From positions 20,484,560-20,548,559 of the forward strand of contig NC_134027.1 in NCBI RefSeq assembly GCF_964204645.1: a stretch of 64,000 nucleotides of DNA, in the 5' to 3' direction. The translations under genes and the position numbers were made by a program. The notes beneath the pieces are model-generated. The model was not told the origin of the DNA and did not search any database. It was given only the letters and a program-made list of their open reading frames with translations. This document shows, one piece after another, positions 25,740-37,393 of this stretch. Each line of letters opens with the position of its first letter. Positions within the stretch are counted from its first letter, which is position 1. The DNA is from Tubulanus polymorphus. Lineage: Eukaryota; Animalia; Nemertea.

Positions 25740-28109
25740 GTAAGTAAACATCTTGTCCTTGATCTTGTCCGATCCTTCGCTTAGACCCGGGATTAATCAT
25801 CACGGATTTACATATCTATTCCCTGAACGCATCCTCTTGCATGTGGGTATTCGAACGTGTTACTGACCCTGCCATAGTTGACGAGGTGCAGTGAGGTGTC
25901 ATTGTTGTCAGCCAATCAGATGTTGCATTTCGTTATCATGTCACAAACCAATCGGGTATCCTGATTCATTATTATGGTGTCATTTTCACTAGCTAATCAA
26001 AAATATGGCCCCACTATCATTGGCCAATCAGAAATATTCAAAAGTCAATATTCTACCATGAAGCAAAATTCATAATGTGTCCAAGCATGGATGAATAAAT
26101 TGTTAATTGATATATCCATTGTTCAACCAATCAAATCGCTGTATATATCCCAACTTTGACATGCGAATAGCTGCAAACTCTGTCTGCTAAGGCAGAGTCC
26201 TTGAATTCCTTCAGTTTCGAATCTCCGTGTGGGAGGAGCATGAATGTTGTGAATTAGATAAAGGTTTCTATATTCTACTACTCAAATCGTAACTAAAATT
26301 TACTAACAATTCGGATCTAGATGCCTGATTAAATCCACCTTCATTCTCTGTCGTAAATGTTTTGAAAAAAAGTTGATTCAAACACCGCCGACAATCAAGT
26401 TTTAGTTTACCTCTGAATTTAGATTTTTTGTTGCTTTAACTATCAACTGAACATATTGCATTTTGAATCATGGTGCACCATTTATAGACTGTAGATGAAG
26501 GGTTGCACCTGAGCATGCATTCAGTTATATGTACCGGTATATGAATTTATTTTTGAACTGGTAGATGGTCTCTCAATGTGCTGCAACTGCCACAAACGAG
26601 CTGAAGCCCTGAATTTCCCGAATGATCTCTGAAAATGATTCCTGACATGAACAGAGCTCTCAACCGTCTCTGATTGTCAGAAACAGTCTCTGATAATGAT
26701 AGAATGTGTCCTGACATGTTTGCCTCGAGCTCAGTTTCTCGACCATTGCCCGATTTGTTCCTCTGATACACAGACCAGTTAACAGTCCTTATATTTTCAG
26801 AAACTGTTCCTGTGCCAGGAAGAATCCCTAAAAATGAGATTTATAGAGGGCCATATTTATAGATACGATTTTACAGGTATTGGGGTACGATGTTATTCAA
26901 TACCAGTACAATGTTTTTCATGTTTTAACTGGCATCCACCATGTAGCAATAATGGAGTTTGGACTTCGTACATCTGAAAATCACCCTCCCTTTAGAAATC
27001 TTAACAGTTAAGCAGTTTGATATTAGGTTTTAAGATATTTTCAACGTTTTGTTATAGTATCCCGTGTAATATGCGTGTAACATATAAAATTCAATATTTT
27101 TCGAAGCAAACATTTAACCAGCTGTTGTTTCTATGACGACATTGAAACTGTGGCAGACGCATTTTGCTCTCTCTGTTTTACATGTGCTTATAACAAAATT
27201 GAAAATAATAATTCATTCCCTTGCCAGTACAGTTGTTGCATGTTTTCCATTTTGTAGAGTGGTTAAAAGCAATAATTCATCAGAATTTATTCTAGCATGA
27301 TTTAATCATAAGAACATCACACCTGACGATCGTATCTTTTGTTTTTTTGTTTTGATTATGATAAATGTATTTTGTTTTTAATCTTTAAATTTGTATAATA
27401 TTGAGGGTTTTAGTCAAATATTATTCCCCGCGTCTGAGTGTGGCTATTCTAATATTTCATTTTCTTCCAATGAAAGTATGAGGGCTACATTCAAGATATA
27501 TGCATGGAACCAGTAATTTTTTCAAGCTGAACATATTTCATTTCGTTTTATATGTGTTGTTGGTAATCTAATCTGAAGTCACTTCAAGCTTTGTATATGC
27601 ATTGTATATGTGCTGTTTATTGGTTAATTTCTATGCTTGACTTTATCTATATCAAAATCTTAATTTCATTTTCAATTAGTTCATAATTACTACCATACTA
27701 ATCAAATCATAGCCACAATCACACAAAGACAATTTGGCCCAGGATCGAGTAGTTTGTCCCATCCTCAATTAGAGAGCATATTCGTACAAAAATCACACAC
27801 TCGTAATTAAAATGCTATCAAAATGAAGCTGTTGTAAGCAGTTAAGTCCCTTCGTGTTGACCAGTTAGCATTCACATGCAATAATTTGACCTGTGCTAAA
27901 AGTTGGCTTGGCATTGATTGGGCTTAGTTCAGCGTGCATCAACCATGCACGGACCCATTTGGCACGATGATTATGTACGATTGGTGTGAGCCGTATCTGA
28001 CATATGCGCCAAATCTGACCCAGTTCAAAACACTAGTGTGATCGTGAGTTAAGATACATGCAGTATTCATTGTATACCCGGTACACACCAGTTTTATAGA
28101 TGTGCTCAG

Positions 28110-28838
28110 AGGTATTAGAAAAACGCCTAATGAAAAACACCGAATCGGAAAACGCATAACGCCTAATTACTAGAAAATAACCTAATTTCGTTACTGTACT
28201 ATTTACTGATACTATCATCAACGGAATGAATTGCAGTTTGAAAATACATGTAAGTGTTTTACGCTTCAGGAAACGAGAACGTCGTATGAACACTACTACT
28301 CCATAAACTGCATTTGTAGGATGATGATAGAATAAAATCTGCAATCTGCAATCTATCCGTGCAGACAATTAATTACATAACACAAACTACATACATAACC
28401 TCCTACAACGCACACAAAGACTGATAAAACTAGTAGCCTTTCTCAAATTATCCTCCAAAACGGTTCACAACCACACTTATGTGAACCTTATAAATTAGGC
28501 CAAAAAAACCAATGAGAGATAAATAATCTCAGGCCCCCTGAACCTCCCTTGAACAAAGTGATCAAAAACAATAAACTATGTTCCATATCAAAAATAAATG
28601 TCTTTTATCATCATAATACTCCCTGTCTTAATATGAAATAATAACATAGAAGCATTGTATTGTTGCGAGCGTCGAAACGACAGTAGAAACACGAAGACTG
28701 AACAAGCTGGGCTCTACGCACGTTGCGTTACATAGTTCACTTAGGGATTTTTTTGGTCAATTTCTTAGATGTTACTAGGAATTAGGCGTTATGCGTTTTC
28801 CCATTCGGTGTTTATCATCAGGCGTTTTTTGAATACCG
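28110..28838. mobile_element. MULE-like non-autonomous element
   Basis: ~65-bp imperfect TIR (ggtattagaaaaacgcctaatg...), degenerate 9-bp flanks tgtgctcag/tgtacccag. Confidence 0.75.
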
Positions 28839-30543
28839 TGTACCCAGTAACAGACTATATTGAACTCTGTTTCTGTTGAAATTACAACTCATTCAGTTTT
28901 CAGCAATCTAGAATTTAATCCTTGTCTCGTAAACTGTATCTGTCTAGGTCCCAGGGGCTGATCTATGATTTTCTGAATAGGCTCTTTATTTCTAAAGGGC
29001 AGACTTGGCAATGCGAAGGGTGCAAACACGAAGATTGGTGGGGCTTGATAGCCCTACCAGAGAAAATTTGGATCAAAAAGTGGCTTTTCTGGCCCTTATG
29101 AATGCCAATGTGGATCTATATTTCGTCTGCTAAAGATTTTCTTGGCAAAAAATATTTTCTGGCCGTACATTTTCTGGTGGGCACATTTGGATTTTGAAGG
29201 GGTTGAATCTGTCGATCCCCCCTAGATTTGCCCTTGAGTCCATGAATGTGAATAAGAGTTTACTCCTGAGTTAATACTAGTCCATTTCGGACTATTGATC
29301 TCGTTTTGAGTCCAGACTGTTGGACTTCGGCTGAATTCATGCATCAATTTTAGCTTAACCTATGAACAGGTTCTGGGGTGAATGATATTATTTCTAGGCC
29401 TAGATTTAGTTGTAGTTCAGAATTAGATTAGCATCAACAGTTAAAACCAGTTCATTTTCAAAAATTTAACTCGGATTTGAACTGAAAGCCGGGTGGATTC
29501 TATAAAACTGGTTTGTATGCTCATTATTTTATCAAAATTATAAATACATTATTAGCTACGTAATATGATATGGTATCATTCTATAGCTTGCATGCATTTC
29601 ATTTAATGTACATACATCTTCATAAAATATTTGTATAGTGCCATAGTGGAGGACACCTTGAATTTCTAATCATGATAGGTGGCACAAATGGGCAGGGAAA
29701 TAAAAGCTACTTCTTAGTCGCTCTTATGCTTTGTTATAAAATCCTGGGTTCACTCTAAACTTACAGGCTAGACATATTTTCTGGTTTATAAAGTTCTCCT
29801 GTGGATCTAGCAGTGTGTGCGCATACTCAGTTTTAATTAATCAGAATGAACTGCTGCGTACATTTTCTGTTTGCCAAGAACTTGAACAAACCTAATAAAA
29901 ATCATTTCTAATAATGAAATCTGAGAGGATTTTAATGGCAAACATCGCTCATTGAGGTTAATTTCCCGACGCTGACGAAGAGCTTCATTTCGTTATTGCG
30001 AAGTGTATATTCATTCAAATGAAACCTTGAAAAAACAAGGTTGAAACAATTACATTTGAGTTCCAATTCTATGTATTAACCTACATGGAAACCTAAAAAT
30101 TACTCAAGCAGTGAAATATGGTTAAATCAGGTTTAGATTCAATCAAAGCTTAAGTATTATGTTTAAAATCTATATGTGCCAATTGGGTCAGCTTACAGAT
30201 ATAAGCTTTTAAGCCTAATCAGATTAAAATTTAAGTCAGATAAGATTCTTGTGAGCCAATATTTCATCTTTTTGATTATCGTGCATTATGAAGATTTGAA
30301 TCCACTAATTTGTTTTGCTTCTTATGAATGAAACCCATGAGAAGATCTTTTGAGAAAATAAAGTGTATCGCATCATGAATGCACATGATTCTTGAACCTA
30401 TATAATGCAGCTTTCGATCTAACCTCTGATATAACTTTCGGTTCACATTTTATTTCGGATTTCCCATCAGCCGGATTAATTTCGATCATTTCGACCCGTT
30501 TGGTGTCGGCTTTATTTGTGTATATGAATGTTTCATTATGTAG

Positions 30544-30744
30544 GTACTGATAACATCAGGTGAAGAGACGCCAAATTACCAGTCGATTGAGGAGCGCCCT
30601 CTAGCTGAACAACAGTCTCCCGATGAACAAGCCACGCCATCTGGTGATGAAAACGAACGTCATTTACGAAAGCGAAACCCATTCGTGACGATAGGAGAGT
30701 TTATCTTACGTCAAAGTTACATCGCGACCCTTATTGTAATGATG
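30544..30744 (+). CDS. PIEZO: Piezo exon (VLITSGEETPNYQS...FILRQSYIATLIVMM), 201 nt, phase 0-0
   Basis: ttatgtag acceptor, ATG|gtaagt donor; QSYI..LI.MM motif; not in ORF track. Confidence 0.94.
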
Positions 30745-31021
30745 GTAAGTGAATAATGTCAACAAAGTTTTTGGTTTACCTTTGTCAGCGGTATGAGGTT
30801 GGCATTGAGCCAAGGCATGTAAAATCGCGGTACGTTTTTTTATATGAGCATTTTTTTCATTGGTTCTCGGGTTAAACGACGTATAATCGATGCGATTGAA
30901 GACATGACGAACCTCCTATGGTACCGGTATTTTAGCTTCCGCAGCCATACATTGGAAGAGATTTCTAAGATTCGATATTCAGCCACCCTCTGATTGGTGA
31001 CATATGAATTTTATTCTAATA

Positions 31022-31880
31022 TTTTTAGGCCAGCCGTAGGCTGAGCCTATTATTATGCAAATTGAGCGAATTTAAATGACATGGTTTCCAGAGCAAAGGC
31101 TCTTTTACCATGCAACTGAGCATATATTCATACAAATCATTCATTAAAGCATTATCCATTCTCCAAACTCTTAAGTAGCTGAATTTTGAAAGAGGGCCTC
31201 GTTAAAATTTATATGAGCTTTTTCTCGAATATCTGATCGCAAAAATATTGGTTTTGAAAAGCCAATCAGAAAGCAAAGACTCCTCTATGATTGGCTAAGC
31301 CGCAGAGATCAGCAGATGTCTACTGTTTTACTTCCGGGTTTTATTTTAAGATCTAAAATTGTATTTCAAGATCGATTTCTGAAAGCTTTAGTTGATTTGG
31401 TTTTTGGGAGGAATAATTTTATTAGCACTACAGAAAATATCATTGACCATTGTGCAAAGTCCGGGAAAAATTGCTTTTTCTCAAATCGGATAGATGACCT
31501 TGATATGCTAATTAGCCATGTGCTCAATCAAATTTTATTCCGCAAAAAAATATCATATCCAATTCAATCTTTATTGAACAAATGAAAATATCAAATCCAA
31601 TTCAATTTTGTTTTATTGAGCAAATTTCAGAAAATTCAATTCTATTCCGTATTAAAATCAACAAGACCAAGGGAAAAAATTTATCTGAGGTATTTGTTCC
31701 TGCCAGATCCAGTCGCTGTCTGTGCTACTTTTGTATTTTATGATTGTATTGTGTAAATCATTAGGTAGTGACTCTGAGCTGGGAGTGTATTTTGTCAAAT
31801 TTAACCCACAGAATGCATCATCATTTGCCATTTTATGAAAAGCTGACAGGCTGGCCATAGTGCCCCTTGGGGTTCATGTT
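31022..31880 (+). mobile_element. HINE-like family A copy 2
   Basis: starts tttttaggccagccgtaggctgagcc (hairpin), ends ggctggccatagtgccccttgggg. Confidence 0.75.
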
Positions 31881-32708
31881 TCGTATTGTGAAAAATATTT
31901 TTTCAAAATATAAAATAGTTTCCCTGCCGCGCCAATATGTACCCTACGAAATGTTGAACATGGACCGTAAACAATGTATATCTTTGGTTTTATAAGACTA
32001 TAAGATAATTCTTTGAGAAAGACAAAATACAATATAAACTTATAGAACTTTGAAATCACAAATTAAAAAGATTTTTCAAGTAATACCCTTGCTCCAAACA
32101 ACCTCTAGCTTTTTCAAGGTAAACCACGCTTTGCCCATGGGCAATTTATTTCAAAAAAGAGAAGCACTAAGTGGAGTTGCCACAAACCATGTTAAGATAC
32201 AGGAAATCATGATTTTCAACAGGGATATTGGTCAAATTTGAATATTATTTGCTGTAAACTTAACGATAAGTACTGATATGAGGTGATGAGTTTCGATTTA
32301 TCTAAAGTTCTATAAGGAGCGGCTAATAAAAAAAAACAAGAAAATTGATTATGAATAAAATGTTTGAAACCTTGAAAAAATGGAGAATGTTTAAGGGTAA
32401 AGTGACATGGCAATAGATTGACTAGTATGAAGTTTCGTCCATCCTCCACACATCAATACCCGCTTTTTCATCAAAATAACCACTGGCAAGTGCAAAATGA
32501 ATTATAGAAATTTGAATGCCTTCAAATGAATTTATTTTCAATTGATTACCCTTGAAACTAAATCGGAAGTTCCAGGCATTGAATAACCTTATATGATGCA
32601 CAATAGTACTCATTGCTTAGAATTTACGTGGTGACGTCTTTTAAGGCGTCAAAATGTGTATCTCTCAATTGGCATTCACAAAACGTATTTTATTTTATTT
32701 TTTTTCAG

Positions 32709-32978
32709 GCTTGGAGTATAACGTATCATTGTTGGTTGACATTCGTGTTGTTATTGGCTGCCTGTATAATCTGGATGATTCCCGATCCGAGGAGAACATG
32801 CCGAGCTCTGTCCCCGTTACTGGTCGCGTACGCGTTGGCTTTACTCATCATACAATATATATACGGCTTACAGCTGAACGACGACGAACTGCCGAATAAA
32901 TTCAACGCCGGTTTCAACCTACAGGAGATCGGTTTCCGTAAAGAGAGAAAGCAGCCGTGTATAGTGTTAGCAGTTCAG
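32709..32978 (+). CDS. PIEZO: Piezo exon (AWSITYHCWLTFVLLL...PCIVLAVQ), 270 nt, phase 0-0
   Basis: ORF 32613-33200; tttttttcag acceptor, CAG|gtatat donor. Confidence 0.96.
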
Positions 32979-33194
32979 GTATATGGGAGAGGGGTATTGT
33001 TACATGCAGGGATTTGTTCGCCTGATCACATGGCAAGATTCCACAATTTTGTGATGATTCTGCCTCATTCCGCACTCCTTCCATACAAGCGTTTGAACCT
33101 TAACCCTTTCGCGGCAAAGGGTTTGGTTGCATCGTGGTGTGCAGGAGTCCCCAGGTTAAAAAATGAAAGCAATTTAAATTTTGAAAAACATTAT

Positions 33195-33843
33195 TTTTGA
33201 TTGGGCCTTATTATGATGTTGCAATGAGAAATGTTATTACTATACAAATGGAGCGAATTTAATTGACATGGTTTCCAGAGCTAAGGTCCTTTGACTGTGC
33301 AACTGTGCGTATATTCATACAAATCATTCATTAAAGCATTATCCATTCTCCAAATCCTATGGAGCTGAATTTTAAAAAGGGGCCTTGTTAAAATTTATGA
33401 GCTTTTTCGCCAAAATCTGAATTCAAAAATATTGGTTTTAAAAAGCCAATCAGAAGGCAAAGACTCCTCTATGATTGGCTTAGCTGCAGAAATCAGCAGG
33501 CGTTCACGAGTACCTGTGGTATCGTCTACTGTTTAACTTCCGAGTTTATTTTAAGATTTAAAATTGTATTTCAAGATCGATTTCTGATAAATATATATAG
33601 TACCTAGGATACTGGGGTCAAAAACCTTTTGTGTCAGGCCCCTGTGAAAAAGATTGATCTGAGGTATTTGTTCCTGCCAGCTCCCTGTCTGTACTTATGA
33701 AAACACGATAGCACTGTGTAAATTATAGGTATTGTCTCTAAGTTCGGAGTGTATTTTGACAAATATAACCCACAGAATGCATAATTTGCCATTTTATGAA
33801 AAGCTGACGGGCTGGCCATAGTGCCCCTTGGGGCTCTTCTTTC
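33195..33843 (+). mobile_element. HINE-like family A copy 3 (internally deleted)
   Basis: colinear with copy 2, same 3' end. Confidence 0.7.
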
Positions 33844-34401
33844 TAAATTCCTACCACCATGAGAATGCTATAGCACATAGCTATGGAAGAGACTGCGCAT
33901 GCGCTAGTTACCGTTTCGATCGTGCTGAGCTCCGGCAAAAACCTAAATTTCCGTATTACGATGGCCTCAAACTTCCAGGATCAGCGTTGTATTGAAGAAA
34001 AAGGTTCAATACCCATACGATCCCATAGGAAAAAGTCGCAACCGTCAAGATTTAATGACTATATAACCTCCCATAATGAATTTATTCAGGTTTGTTTACA
34101 AGCCGTTGGCATGGAAACCATCACTTCCGCCGGTGGAACGCCTACCATTGGCAATGAATTAACCATGTACGATAGTAACATTAGCTTATCATCGTATTTA
34201 CAACCTGTCACTGTCCGCAAAGTAACGATTACATTTCAATCAATCTGAACGCAGGCCTCAGAGACTTTTTGGATCCATATTTACCTCAACATCCAGCATC
34301 AACGCCATTTACCGCATTGTGAAGCAGCACCTGGTAGCAGACGACACATTAGCCATTCCCATAAGCCTAGAAATAGACAACTCAGTGCTTCATCGATAGG
34401 G

Positions 34402-34839
34402 ATGGCTGCGACTAATTCGTCTGACTTAGGTTCAGGATTACGCAATCCTCCTACCACCAATACCATAGCTGTTGATCAAAACAATGTCGATCTGTCCACC
34501 TCATACTATTGCACCTATAGAGATCACCCACCTGCTTCATCACCAAACTCTCCTATCTCTCCTAACCTGTGTAATTCTAATACATATCAGTGTTATATTT
34601 GTACAGACACGATAGACCCCAATGAAGCAATGTTGTGTAACCGGTGTGATAACCTTATTTGTTTAAACTGCTCTGAAACAACGATTAATGACCGCAAATA
34701 TGCTATAGACAAAGGTTTCCTCTGGTTCTGTCCAAAATGTCGTAAGCCTGCTTTAAGTGTCGCTAAATCTGACTTTAAAGTCGAAAAGCAATGCGAAATG
34801 TATTTATTGTCTATGAAAAAACGATTGGAGGCCAATTGA
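34402..34839 (+). pseudogene. LINE ORF1 remnant with PHD-type zinc finger
   Basis: C..C...C..C...C..C...WFCPKC followed by a coiled-coil-like segment; premature stop. Confidence 0.8.
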
Positions 34840-34901
34840 ATGCAATTTAAAGGCTCATAACCAAAGATTCGAAAACTTAGAGGGTGCCTAGCTAAAAGAA
34901 C

Positions 34902-37393
34902 CATCATAGATGATGTCCAATAACAAATTAAATCCACTCTCAAATTAAATCCAAACCAGTACTTATTTCCTGAAAAAGAAGCGGTTGCATCTCTAGTTGA
35001 TCAAAAATTTGAAGACCACAAAAAAGAGATCACATCTTTAGTTTGGGACCAGGAAGAAAGGCGCAACCGGGAATTAAATCTAATTATCCACAACCTGCCC
35101 AAATCTTCTCACAAAAACCGTATAAATAATCTCATGGATGACCTGAACAACCTAAATCTATCATTGTGAAGTTTCTGAGCACACCCATACCCGAAGGATC
35201 CATCAAAGACACTTTCAGGTTAGGTAAGATGCAGATCGACTAACCGCGTCCCCTAAAAGTAGTTTTTAGTGGTAAAAATTCAGGCGTGAGATCCTCATCC
35301 ACTCGATCAAATTTAGGCACATAATTCCCGACCTCGTAGATAGTGAGTCATTAACATCGAGTAAGCTCTACATTAACCGAGATCTTATGCCTATGGAACA
35401 AAACGAGCTAAGAGAACTTCGGAATGAGTTGAAACGCAGAATGGCGGTAGCCAGAAAAATCTATGTATTTACAGGGGAAAAATCATCGAGTCATCAAACT
35501 TGCCCAGAAAACAAACTGATGACCATCAGCCCTTTCTCGCAAGCAGGAGGCCATAACCCTCCCGTTTCAGGCTACACTGCCACACTCTCTAGTGATAAAA
35601 CTGTGGCAAAACCTTTAACTAAATTTTTCGCGAATATTGAAAGTGCCCTAAATAAGAAAGAAGAATTAATGGCCAGAACAACAATACTGAACCCAGATAT
35701 AATAGGGCTGTGTGGAGTTTTTCCAAAAATGGGCATCATAGATGATGTCCAATAACAAATTAAATCCACTCTCAAATTAAATCCAAACCAGTACATATTT
35801 CCTGAAAAAGAAGCGGTTGCATCTCTTGTTGATCAAAAATTTGAAGACCACAAAAAAGAGATCACATCTTTAGTTTGGGACCAGGAAGAAAGGCGCAACC
35901 GGGAATTAAATCTAATTATCCACAACCTGCCCAAATCTTCTCAAAAAACCGTATAAATAATCTCATGGTAACCTGAACAACCTAAATCTGTCATTGTGAA
36001 GTTTCTGAGCACACCCATACCCGAAGGATCCATCAAAGACACTTTCAGGTTAGGTAAGATGCAGATCGACTAACCGCGTCCCCTAAAAGTAGTTTTTAGT
36101 GGTAAAAATTCAGGCGTGAGATCCTCATCCACTCGATCAAATTTAGGCACATAATTCCCGACCTCGTAGATAGTGAGTCATTAACATCGAGTAAGCTCTA
36201 CATTAACCGAGATCTTATGCCTATGGAACAAAACGAGCTAAGAGAACTTCGGAATGAGTTGAAACGCAGAATGGCGGCAGCGAGAAAATCTATGTATTTA
36301 CAGGGGAAAAATCATCGAGTCATCAAACTTGCCCAGAAAACAAACTGATGACCGTCAGCCCTTTCTCGCAAGCGGGAGGCCATAACCCTCCCGTTTCAGG
36401 CTACACTGCCACACTCTCTAGTGATAAAACTGTGGCAAAACCTTTAACTAAATTTTTCGCGAATATTGAAAGTGCCCTAAATAAGAAAGAAGAATTAATG
36501 GCCAGAACAACAATACTGAACCCAGATATAATAGGGCTGTGTGGAGTTTTTCCAAAAATGGGCATCATAGATGATGTCCAATAACAAATTAAATCCACTC
36601 TCAAATTAAATCCAAACCAGTACATATTTCCTGAAAAAGAAGCGGTTGCATCTCTTGTTGATCAAAAATTTGAAGACCACAAAAAAGAGATCACATCTTT
36701 AGTTTGGGACCAGGAAGAAAGGCGCAACCGGGAATTAAATCTAATTATCCACAACCTGCCCAAATCTTCTCACAAAAACCGTATAAATAATCTCATGGAT
36801 GACCTGAACAACCTAAATCTGTCATTGTGAAGTTTCTGAGCACACCCATACCCGAAGGATCCATCAAAGACACTTTCAGGTTAGGTAAGATGCAGATCGA
36901 CTAACCGCGTCCCCTAAAAGTAGTTTTTAGTGGTAAAAATTCAGGCGTGAGATCCTCATCCACTCGATCAAATTTAGGCACATAATTCCCGACCTCGTAG
37001 ATAGTGAGTCATTAACATCGAGTAAGCTCTACATTAACCGAGATCTTATGCCTATGGAACAAAACGAGCTAAGAGAACTTCGGAATGAGTTGAAACGCAG
37101 AATGGCGGCAGCGAGAAAATCTATGTATTTACAGGGGAAAAATCATCGAGTCATCAAACTTGCCCAGAAAACAAACTGACGACCATCAGCCCTTTCTCGC
37201 AAGCGGGAGGCCATAACCCTCCCGTTTCAGGCTACACTGCCACACTCTCTAGTGATAAAACTGTGGCAAAACCTTTAACTAAATTTTTCGCGAATATTGA
37301 AAGTGCCCTAAATAAGAAAGAAGAATTAATGGCCAGAACAACAATACTGAACCCAGATATAATAGGGCTGTGTGGAGTTTTTCCAAAAATGGG
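34902..37393 (+). repeat. three tandem copies of an ~830 bp LINE segment (34902-35733, 35734-36562, 36563-37393)
   Basis: near-identical units starting catcatagatgatgtccaataac; duplicated ORFs in the track. Confidence 0.97.

Noticed and set aside
26801-26876. Open 76-nt AG..GT segment
   Set aside because: Phase 0-1 would frameshift Piezo; no support beyond splice-like dinucleotides
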